Positions 17,393-24,885 of a DNA stretch of 32,000 nt are shown here, in pieces (within the stretch, counting starts at the first letter, position 1; every line of letters starts with the position of its first letter). Below the pieces are notes generated by a model. The model was given only the letters and a program-made list of their open reading frames with translations, was not told the DNA's origin and ran no database searches. The DNA is from Pseudoalteromonas tetraodonis (lineage in GTDB: Bacteria > Pseudomonadota > Gammaproteobacteria > Enterobacterales > Alteromonadaceae). The stretch is taken from the NCBI RefSeq assembly GCF_002310835.1, contig NZ_CP011042.1, positions 420,001 to 452,000 of the forward strand. The letters are read 5' to 3'. The position numbers were made by a program, and so were the translations under genes.

Positions 17393-18643
17393 GTGAATCT
17401 TATTGTGTTAATTAAAACCGATCCTGCTATTAGCCGGTTATTAATGCTGCGCAGTGGCGCCATTGCTGTGCAGCTTATTGCGGTGTTAAGCGTTTATTTT
17501 TTATTAGAGCATCAAATTGCGCTCATGCCGTTGCTAGCCGTTATTACGCTTGAGGCGGTTTTTCAGTTAGCAAGTATCTTTGCTTATAGAAATGTTAGCC
17601 AAGCAAAGCCTGTTGGCATGCTGATGCAACTGACCGCTGACGTACTTTTTTTAACTATTTTGTTGTCTTTAAGTGGCGGTGCAACTAACGCATTTGTGTC
17701 GTTATTATTGTTACCTATTATGATAGCGGCAATTACATTGAGCGCTCGTGGGCTTGCCTATATTGCTGTGCTGGCTATCGCTGCCTACAGCATGTTACTG
17801 ATTAAAATGCCAGAGCATAGCATGCACCAAATGAACATGAGTGGCCACTTTATTGGCATGTGGGTTAATTTTGTTATCAGTGCCTGCGTGATTGCGTTGG
17901 TTATTGGTGCAATGAACCGTGCTTTACAACAACGTGAGCGCACTATTGCTAAAGTTAGAGAGAAACAGTTGCGTAGTGAACAACTGGTTACCCTCGATGG
18001 CGCAGCGGCGCAAATTACTCATCAATTAGCAACGCCTATTGCTAATTTACAATTATTGTTTGAAGAGCTTGTAGAAGAGCATCCCAACAATGAAATTATT
18101 CAGCAAATGCAATCACCCTTGCTGCAATGCCGCACTCAGCTTAATGATTTTAGAAAGCTCTCTATGCAGCTACGAGATAAAAACACGCAAATACCTATAA
18201 AAGCAGAGCAGCTGCAAAATCAAATTCATGATACGTTGCTATTACAATACCCTAATCAACAAATAAACTGGCTTAATGAGGCGCCTAAAGCCACATTAAA
18301 AAGTGATGCCATGCTGCTACCTGCTATTTTAAACTTATTACAAAATGCAGCGCTTGCTAACGAAAAAAAAGGCCAAATGCAATTAGAGTTGAGTTGGCAA
18401 CAGCCAGATGCGCAAAGTATTGCGTTAATTATTCGGGATTTTGGCGCTGGTTTTTTATCCTCCGAGTTAGCGGAGTTAGGCGGGCAGCTCATGCCCAGCG
18501 AGCAAGGCATGGGAATAGCGGTTATGCTATCAAATGTTACGTTTGAGCGTTTAAATGGTTCGTTAACTGTTTATAATCACCCCGATGGTGGGGCGGTGGC
18601 CAAGATACAAATGCCACTATTAATAACCGAGTCGGCGCTATGA
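17393..18643 (+). CDS. regB: RegB/PrrB/RoxS-type membrane redox-sensing histidine kinase
   Basis: It has about six N-terminal TM helices and GGATNAF in a TM helix (compare the RegB quinone-site heptapeptide GGxxNPF). The H-box is ITHQLATP, with Cys 36 aa downstream (LLQCRTQL). The N box is LLQNAALAN, G1 is IRDFGAGF and G2 is GMGIAV. It is paired with a RegA-type regulator. Confidence 0.85.
   Translation: MNLIVLIKTDPAISRLLMLRSGAIAVQLIAVLSVYFLLEHQIALMPLLAVITLEAVFQLASIFAYRNVSQAKPVGMLMQLTADVLFLTILLSLSGGATNAFVSLLLLPIMIAAITLSARGLAYIAVLAIAAYSMLLIKMPEHSMHQMNMSGHFIGMWVNFVISACVIALVIGAMNRALQQRERTIAKVREKQLRSEQLVTLDGAAAQITHQLATPIANLQLLFEELVEEHPNNEIIQQMQSPLLQCRTQLNDFRKLSMQLRDKNTQIPIKAEQLQNQIHDTLLLQYPNQQINWLNEAPKATLKSDAMLLPAILNLLQNAALANEKKGQMQLELSWQQPDAQSIALIIRDFGAGFLSSELAELGGQLMPSEQGMGIAVMLSNVTFERLNGSLTVYNHPDGGAVAKIQMPLLITESAL
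17400..17417. repeat. Copy 2 of the 18-bp direct repeat, overlapping the regB start region
   Basis: It is identical to 17170-17187. It begins 7 nt after the GTG at 17393 and covers the in-frame GTG at 17405. Confidence 0.9.
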
Positions 18644-19164
18644 AGCTGCTAATTATTGAAGATGACATTAACCTTGCTACCACTTTGGTAAGGCGCTTAA
18701 CAAAACACAGCTTTAACTGTGAGGTTACACATAACCAAACAGAGGCCTTACTTAGGGCTCGCCAGCAGCAACCTGATTGTATTTTATTAGATATGAAGTT
18801 AGCAGATGAAAATGGGCTGGCGCTTATTGCACCGCTGCGACACTTGTTACCCAAGGCGCATATTGTATTGCTTACCGGCTTTGCAAGTATAGCTACAGCC
18901 GTAGAGGCGATGCGCTTGGGCGCTAATGACTATTTAACTAAGCCTGTCGATATGGCAAGCTTATTAAAAGCGCTAAAAGTAGAGCCGGTATCGACAGTAA
19001 CCGAAATTCCTGAAGAGATTATGTCACCCGAGCGTTTAGAGTGGGAGCATATTCAACATGTATTACACAGTAACAACGGTAATGTATCAATGACTGCAAG
19101 GCAGCTTAATATGCATAGACGCACTTTGCAGCGCAAGCTACAAAAAAAACCTGTGCAGCAATAA
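18640..19164 (+). CDS. regA: RegA/ActR/PrrA/RoxR-type response regulator (REC + Fis-type HTH)
   Basis: The REC domain has a DD pair (IEDD), the phospho-acceptor LLDMKL and the Lys context YLTKP. The C-terminus ERLEWEHIQHVLHSNNGNVSMTARQLNMHRRTLQRKLQKKP is the highly conserved RegA HTH. The start overlaps the regB stop (ATGA). Confidence 0.9.
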   Translation: MKLLIIEDDINLATTLVRRLTKHSFNCEVTHNQTEALLRARQQQPDCILLDMKLADENGLALIAPLRHLLPKAHIVLLTGFASIATAVEAMRLGANDYLTKPVDMASLLKALKVEPVSTVTEIPEEIMSPERLEWEHIQHVLHSNNGNVSMTARQLNMHRRTLQRKLQKKPVQQ

Positions 19165-19187
19165 GCCCTCACTTGAGCAAGCAATTA

Positions 19188-19607
19188 ATGACCCATACCG
19201 CCGCGCTAATAAAAAGCCAAAAAATTATACTGTTCGATGCCCAGTGCAAGCTTTGTAGTGCGTGGTGTAATTTTATTATTGCTCAAGACCCTCAGGCCAT
19301 GTTTAAACTGTGCAGTGTACAATCGCCAAAAGGGCAGCAAATATTAATGCACTTTGGCTATTCGACAACTGATTTTGCCTCTATGGTTTACATTGAAAAC
19401 GCTCAAGCATTTATACAAAACCATGCATTTTTTGAGGTGATTAAACGGCTAGGCTATCCGTGGAAACTTAGTGGTATATTTAGTGTGTTGCCAAATCGTT
19501 TTAACAATTGGCTTTATGATAAAATTGCATCAAATCGATATACCTTATTTGGTAAATATCACTATTGCAGGATCCCTTCAAAGCAAGACCAAGCCCACTA
19601 TTTATAA
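19188..19607 (+). CDS. Thiol-disulfide oxidoreductase DCC family protein (DUF393), paralog 1
   Basis: It has the N-terminal motif ILFDAQCKLCSAWCNF (D-x-x-C-x-x-C). The track's TTG at 19173 is an alternative start. It begins 8 to 23 nt after regA on the same strand. Confidence 0.8.
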   Translation: MTHTAALIKSQKIILFDAQCKLCSAWCNFIIAQDPQAMFKLCSVQSPKGQQILMHFGYSTTDFASMVYIENAQAFIQNHAFFEVIKRLGYPWKLSGIFSVLPNRFNNWLYDKIASNRYTLFGKYHYCRIPSKQDQAHYL

Positions 19608-19685
19608 GTGCTTTAATAGATGCCTGAATGTATTGGCTGTGCTAAAATCGCGGCGTTTAAATTTAAGCATTAAAAAGGCACTTAC

Positions 19686-19964
19686 ATGGCAAATACGGCG
19701 CACGCACTGCATATTTTAGTAAAACATAAAGAGATTGCAGAAGACATCATCAAGCAATTAGGCAAAGGCGCAAAGTTTCAAACTTTAGCTAAAAAGTATT
19801 CGTCATGCCCATCGGGTAAAAAAGGCGGTGATTTAGGTGAGTTTAGACGAGGTCAAATGGTTCCACAGTTTGATAAGGTGGCCTTTAGTGGTGCAATTTT
19901 AGAACCGCATTTAGTAAAAACGAAATTTGGTTGGCATGTTATTAAGGTACTTTATCGCACATAA
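19686..19964 (+). CDS. ppiC: Peptidyl-prolyl cis-trans isomerase C (parvulin)
   Basis: The 92-aa protein is near-collinear with E. coli PpiC: [36 protein letters not shown] and FG.H.IKVLYR. Confidence 0.95.
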   Translation: MANTAHALHILVKHKEIAEDIIKQLGKGAKFQTLAKKYSSCPSGKKGGDLGEFRRGQMVPQFDKVAFSGAILEPHLVKTKFGWHVIKVLYRT

Positions 19965-20040
19965 ACTAACGCAATTTTAAGTTGCCGCTATACTTATTAT
20001 TTGTTCAGTTTGTTACATGCTAAAGCAACTTGGAATAACT

Positions 20041-20877
20041 ATGAAGCTTATTATTTTATGCTGCAGTTTGATTTTAATGGCAGTGTCATTTTTTGCCAGT
20101 AGCACTGAGCAAACAATTACCCTTAAGCTTGGCAAACCAAGCATCCAAGGCATACCAAAAAACTACTATATTTTAGCGTTATTAGAAAAGAGCTTTGCAG
20201 AGGTTAATGTAAAGCTCAATATTGCCTACAGCATTGAGCCAATGAATACTAAGAGGATTTTGCAAGAGCTCAAACGTAACGGTGATGTTGATTTAGCTTG
20301 GTTAACTATGCCAAGCGCCCTCGCAGAGCAAAGATATTTAATCCACACAAGTTATCCTATTTATAATGGGCTGCATTCAAAGCGCTTGTTCATGGTTAAA
20401 CAAAGTCGGTTAAAAGAATTTTCTGAGATCAAAACCTTGGCACAGCTAAAACCATTTATTGCGTTGCAAAAACAAAGTTGGTCAGACTTTTATGTTTTAA
20501 AAAACAATGGTCTAACAGTTAATGGTGATTTGAGTTATGAAAGCATGTTAAAAGCGTTAGATGAAGGACTTGGCGATTATTTTCCGCGTTCAGTTACAGC
20601 AATAAAAGCCGAAATACGTAAACACCCTCAGTATAACTTTGTTATTGAGCCACATATTATGCTGCAATACGATAATTACTATTATTTTTACGCAAACGAA
20701 AATAACAAAGCAATCATTGAGTTATTAGAGCAAGGCTTAACAAAGTTAGCAGATAGCGGTGAGTTGAACGCGCTTTATGAGCGCTATTATCATGATGTTG
20801 AGGACGGGCTTAATTTAAACAACAGACAGGTGTTTAACTTAAAAATTAATAATGTTAGGCCGCAAAATGCAGCCTAA
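20041..20877 (+). CDS. Orphan periplasmic protein with a type-2 substrate-binding (PBP2/SBP_bac_3-like) fold
   Basis: From ATG 20041 the protein has a canonical signal peptide (MKLIILCCSLILMAVSFFASS). Its composition and length fit orphan amino-acid-binding-like proteins. The ATG at 20017 is an alternative start. Confidence 0.6.
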   Translation: MKLIILCCSLILMAVSFFASSTEQTITLKLGKPSIQGIPKNYYILALLEKSFAEVNVKLNIAYSIEPMNTKRILQELKRNGDVDLAWLTMPSALAEQRYLIHTSYPIYNGLHSKRLFMVKQSRLKEFSEIKTLAQLKPFIALQKQSWSDFYVLKNNGLTVNGDLSYESMLKALDEGLGDYFPRSVTAIKAEIRKHPQYNFVIEPHIMLQYDNYYYFYANENNKAIIELLEQGLTKLADSGELNALYERYYHDVEDGLNLNNRQVFNLKINNVRPQNAA

Positions 20878-20886
20878 CCCGAAAAA

Positions 20887-21546
20887 TTATTGCTCCTGCT
20901 TGGCTTCTTCTTCACTTATTTGCTTAAGTGCTTGAATAAACGATTCACTCGGTTGCCCACCGGTAAGCGCGTACTTATCATTTATAATGAAAGTAGGTAC
21001 TGAGGTTATTCCCATTTGTTTAAAGTTATTTTGCTCTTGGCGTACCGCTTGTACGTATTTATCTGAGTGTAAAATTTCTCTGGCAGTGTCTTTGTTAAGG
21101 CCTACTTTTTCTACTACATCCAGTAATGCATCTTCTTGATTTAAATATTTTAAATCGGTGAAGTGTGCCTCAAAAAACGCCAGTTTTAACTCAGTTTGCT
21201 TACCTTCTTCACGAGCCCACATTAGCAAGCGATGTAAATCAAAGCTGTTGATCATGATGCGTTTACCGTCAAAATTAAAGGTAAAGCCAGCTCGTTCACC
21301 CGCATCCGCCATGTTTTGACGATTTCGCGCGCTTTCTTCTTCGGTTAAGCTGTATTTTTGCTGCAAGTGCTCGTTTAAGTCTTGCCCTTCAAGTGGCATA
21401 TCCGGATTAAGCTCAAAAGGGTGCCATGTAATATCCGCACTCATTTCGTCTTTTAATTCTGCCAATGCGGCTTCTAAGTTTTTATACCCAATAATACACC
21501 ATGGGCACATTACATCTGAGACGATATCTATTTTTAAGTTTTTCAT
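20887..21546 (-). CDS. DsbA-family (FrnE-like) thiol oxidoreductase
   Basis: It has the motif IDIVSDVMCPWCIIGY (CPWC) and the C-terminal GITSVPTFIINDKYALTGGQP. ATG 21546 is preceded by an AAGGA Shine-Dalgarno, whereas the track's TTG start at 21579 has none. Confidence 0.85.
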   Translation of the reverse strand: MKNLKIDIVSDVMCPWCIIGYKNLEAALAELKDEMSADITWHPFELNPDMPLEGQDLNEHLQQKYSLTEEESARNRQNMADAGERAGFTFNFDGKRIMINSFDLHRLLMWAREEGKQTELKLAFFEAHFTDLKYLNQEDALLDVVEKVGLNKDTAREILHSDKYVQAVRQEQNNFKQMGITSVPTFIINDKYALTGGQPSESFIQALKQISEEEAKQEQ

Positions 21547-21620
21547 AAGGATCCTTGAAGGATTGCTTTTTAATAACAATGGATATTGGGATGAAGTTTA
21601 GTTTATCAATCATTGAACAT

Positions 21621-21650
21621 AAAAAGAGCAGCGAAAGTGCTGCTCTTTTA
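21621..21650 (-). terminator. Rho-independent (bidirectional) terminator after the M24 peptidase gene
   Basis: An 11-bp stem AAAAGAGCAGC (21622-21632) pairs with GCTGCTCTTTT (21639-21649) around the loop GAAAGT. A/T runs are built into both ends. Confidence 0.8.
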
Positions 21651-21665
21651 TTGAATGTTTTCAGG

Positions 21666-22886
21666 TTAGCTGTTTAAACCAAATGGGTCGTCAATGCTGT
21701 GGCTTGGCTGGGTAAACCAACGCGGTCCGTCATCTGTCATATAGAAGTGATCTTCTAATCTCACACCAAACTCATCTGGAATAACCAGCATTGGCTCGTT
21801 ACTAAAACACATGCCTGTGGCAAGCGGGGTTTTATCGCCGCCCACTAAGTATGGCCATTCATGAATGTCTAAGCCAATACCATGGCCTGTGCGGTGTGGG
21901 CAACCTGGTGTTTGGTATTCAGGGCCTAAGCCTTGAGCTGCTAAGTAACTGCGGGCTGCTTCGTCAACCGATTCACAGGTTTTGCCAATGGCGGCTTGAT
22001 TGAAAGCTGCTAACTGGGCTGCTTTTTCAAAATCCCAAAATAGGCGCTGGCGACTGGTTGCTTCACCAAATACATAAGTGCGGGTAATATCAGACAGGTA
22101 ATCGTGTACTTTGCATCCGGTATCAATAAGGACCATGTCGCCTTTTTTCAAAATTTGTGGATCTTTTACACCATGAGGGAATGAGGTAGCAAGGCCAAAC
22201 AATACAATACAGAAGTAATTTCCCGGAGCACCTACTTTTTGATGCGCTTTTTTTATAAATTCTTCGACTTCTACTGTACTAATTCCTTCATAAAGCATGC
22301 TCGCCGTAGCCTGATGAACCGCTAAAGTCATATCCATGGCACATTGCATTAATGCTAATTCATTGGCTGATTTATGCATTCTACAATGTGCGGTTACAGG
22401 TTGTGCGTTAACTAGTTTTAACCCTGAACTGGCTTTATTGATGCCATCAAAAATAAAAAACTGTGCGCTTTCATCAATGCCCACGGTAGCGGTGTCACTA
22501 ATATTCAGTTGTTTAAGCACTTTAACGAATAGCTCAAAAGGGTTCTCGTGTTCTTGCCAGCCGTGTATTGGGCCATCAATGACTTTAAAGCCATCTAAAG
22601 AGCCAATTTCAAAATGGGGGGCAATGTATTGCACCTCACCCATGGCGGGTAAAATAGCGCCGACTAGTCGTTCACTGGCGTACCATTTCATACCGGTAAA
22701 ATACGTTAAGTTAGTACCTGCATTTAAATATATCGCATCAATATTATTAGCTTGCATATAAGCTTGCGCTTTGGCCATACGCACTAAATACTCATCGGCC
22801 TGAATTGGCGTTACTGAGTGGGTCATATTGCTTAAACTAGCAAGTGCTTGTTCGGGTGTGTGTGTACCAATACCAACTGTGGTCAT
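21666..22886 (-). CDS. M24 family metallopeptidase (Xaa-Pro dipeptidase / creatinase-fold)
   Basis: It has a creatinase-like N-domain followed by the pita-bread metal ligand contexts LIDTGCKVHDYLSDITRT, HRTGHGIGLDIHE, FSNEP and VRLEDHF. Confidence 0.9.
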   Translation of the reverse strand: MTTVGIGTHTPEQALASLSNMTHSVTPIQADEYLVRMAKAQAYMQANNIDAIYLNAGTNLTYFTGMKWYASERLVGAILPAMGEVQYIAPHFEIGSLDGFKVIDGPIHGWQEHENPFELFVKVLKQLNISDTATVGIDESAQFFIFDGINKASSGLKLVNAQPVTAHCRMHKSANELALMQCAMDMTLAVHQATASMLYEGISTVEVEEFIKKAHQKVGAPGNYFCIVLFGLATSFPHGVKDPQILKKGDMVLIDTGCKVHDYLSDITRTYVFGEATSRQRLFWDFEKAAQLAAFNQAAIGKTCESVDEAARSYLAAQGLGPEYQTPGCPHRTGHGIGLDIHEWPYLVGGDKTPLATGMCFSNEPMLVIPDEFGVRLEDHFYMTDDGPRWFTQPSHSIDDPFGLNS

Positions 22887-23024
22887 ATATTTTTCCTACA
22901 AAATTTTGCATAGTGTGTAGGCTAAATGCGTTCAATTCAAATTAATTGCGATTAGTGAACAAGGGATTGAACAAATAGAGGAAGTTATCAAGTCCCTCAT
23001 TCCCAAGGACTTGATAACCTTGGG

Positions 23025-23633
23025 CTATTTTTTCGCGTAGGGTAAACGATTGAGCTTATTCGCCGTGTGGTAGCTATCTAATCCGGTTACTGCAACGGTA
23101 TCGATGGCTTGTAAGTCTAAAAAGCCATCACTTTGGAGTGCTGATTTATCTACATAAACATCCATTATTTCGCCAATAACCAGCTCAGTGCCATTAACAG
23201 CTAAATGCTGATTCTCTACAAATTTTACTGCGTATTTTAGTCGGCTTTGTGCAACAAAAGGCGCTTTAAAGTCGTTTAAGTACTCTGTTTTGAGACCGGT
23301 TGCATTAAACTCAGACTCATCTTTAGCGTAACGTGCCGATGTTTGGTGTGCCTGCTGGTAAATATCACTATTTACTTGGTTAATAGTATAAACGCCTGTT
23401 TCTATAATATTTTCGAATGTATGCCTTGGTACGCTGTGCGGGCGCATTATCATGCCTACTAGCGGTGGGTGAGCGCCTAAATGAATAACTGAACTGACAA
23501 TGGCTAGATTGGTATTACCTTGTAAGTCTTGTGTGCCAATTAAGTTTGCACTTTTAAACCCTGAAAGTGAATTGATAAAGTGTGTACGGGTATGTTTTTC
23601 AAGTGCGGCTATGCGGTCTTTCGAAAAATGCAT
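23025..23633 (-). CDS. Flavin reductase-like (FMN-binding split-barrel) protein
   Basis: The N-terminal half, FKSANLIGT....NLAIVSSV.HLGA.PPL.G...RP, is typical of the Flavin_Reduct domain. ATG 23633 has an AAGGAA Shine-Dalgarno 7 nt upstream. The longer track start at 23672 would overlap the SDR gene. Confidence 0.7.
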   Translation of the reverse strand: MHFSKDRIAALEKHTRTHFINSLSGFKSANLIGTQDLQGNTNLAIVSSVIHLGAHPPLVGMIMRPHSVPRHTFENIIETGVYTINQVNSDIYQQAHQTSARYAKDESEFNATGLKTEYLNDFKAPFVAQSRLKYAVKFVENQHLAVNGTELVIGEIMDVYVDKSALQSDGFLDLQAIDTVAVTGLDSYHTANKLNRLPYAKK

Positions 23634-23644
23634 GTGTTTGTTCC

Positions 23645-24370
23645 TTACCATTTTATGGTGTTTCCTTGCCAATCTAAGTAGGCAGGTTCGCCGTTGAGTT
23701 CTAGCTGTGGGTTTTCGTAAGTAAATTTAAATAATTGCTGAGCAACAAAATCAGGGGTAAACAGTTTACCTGCGGGCACATTTTTTTGAAATGGCTTAGA
23801 GAGCTGTGTATCTGTAGTACCTGGGTGAAATAAAACAAGTTTGGTATTTTTAGCGCGACGAGCAAGTTCAATGGTGGCTGTTTTAAATAGCATGTTCAGC
23901 GCAGACTTGGATGCGCGATAGGTATACCAGCCACCCAATTTATTGTCGTTAATACTGCCTACACGAGCGCTTAAAGCAGTAATTGTGCAATGAGTTTTGT
24001 GATTAAGCAATGGCACTATACTTTGTAAGCACAGCAGGGGGACAAGTGTATTAGAGTGCAAAAGCTGCATAAAATAATCACTGTTAATTTCTTCGAGCTT
24101 TTTTTCTGGCATGTGCTGGTCGTTGTGTAATTGACCATTAAATATTATTACCTGAGCAAGCTCAATTTGTTGTGACTTTAACGACTGGGTTAGCTCATTT
24201 AGGCTTTGCGCCGAGTAGTCGCTGTGGAAATAGGTTACCCTGTCATCATTATGCTCAATATTCGATGAGCTGACACAAATTATATTAAATTGTGCTGCTT
24301 GCTGATTTAAATGACTTACGTAGGATTGTGCAATGGCGCTACTGGCGCCAAATAAAATCACTGTTTTCAT
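23645..24370 (-). CDS. SDR family oxidoreductase (CsgA/C-factor-like short-chain dehydrogenase)
   Basis: It has the Rossmann N-terminus ILFGASSAIAQ, the catalytic YRASKSALN (YxxxK) and FHPGTTDT. Confidence 0.85.
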   Translation of the reverse strand: MKTVILFGASSAIAQSYVSHLNQQAAQFNIICVSSSNIEHNDDRVTYFHSDYSAQSLNELTQSLKSQQIELAQVIIFNGQLHNDQHMPEKKLEEINSDYFMQLLHSNTLVPLLCLQSIVPLLNHKTHCTITALSARVGSINDNKLGGWYTYRASKSALNMLFKTATIELARRAKNTKLVLFHPGTTDTQLSKPFQKNVPAGKLFTPDFVAQQLFKFTYENPQLELNGEPAYLDWQGNTIKW

Positions 24371-24765
24371 TTTTCACCTTTAGATTTGATATTGCATTGA
24401 CCATTACTACACTGCGCATTGGGCATTAAAAAACGGCTTATATGATGGCGGTATTTTGCAAAAAAAGTGTAAGCATGATCGGCAAAAAAGCGAATTACGG
24501 GCAAACGAATTATTTTAAGCCAACGGTATTTGCCAACGGTGCGCCAAGCTTGATAAGTGACGTCTAAGCCGTAAATCATCTGCCCCTTATCAGTTTGGGC
24601 GTGCAATAAATCCATGGCATTTTGTTTATCGATTGCAGGAAAACGTTCACTAAAATCATCCGCATTTAAATCTTCTAGTGTAATTTTATGATCAACATCG
24701 GCACGTTTTAAATGTTGCATTTCTGCATTGCACAGTGGGCAATTGCCATCGTAAAAAATGATCAT
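24367..24765 (-). CDS. Thiol-disulfide oxidoreductase DCC family protein (DUF393), paralog 2
   Basis: It has the motif MIIFYDGNCPLCNAEM (YDG-C-x-x-C). Its TGA overlaps the SDR ATG (ATGA at 24370-24367). Confidence 0.85.
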   Translation of the reverse strand: MIIFYDGNCPLCNAEMQHLKRADVDHKITLEDLNADDFSERFPAIDKQNAMDLLHAQTDKGQMIYGLDVTYQAWRTVGKYRWLKIIRLPVIRFFADHAYTFFAKYRHHISRFLMPNAQCSNGQCNIKSKGEK

Positions 24766-24885
24766 GTTATCGCTTTGTGTTTATTTTACATATGCTTTTT
24801 TACGACAAGACAATGCAAATGGATCTATTAAATATTCCCTCTTAGTGATATTAATAGGTCTCCAAGAAACGAAGGAGAGCTAGAA

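Noticed and set aside
23002-23033. Plus-strand terminator-like hairpin CCCAAGG/CCTTGGG followed by T7, suggesting a plus-strand sRNA between the M24 peptidase and flavin reductase genes
   Set aside because: The T-run consists of the Lys-Lys codons and stop region of the minus-strand flavin reductase gene. No credible plus-strand promoter lies upstream. The hairpins (including the alternative ATCAAGTCC/GGACTTGAT stem) are more simply 3'-end structures of the minus-strand operon.
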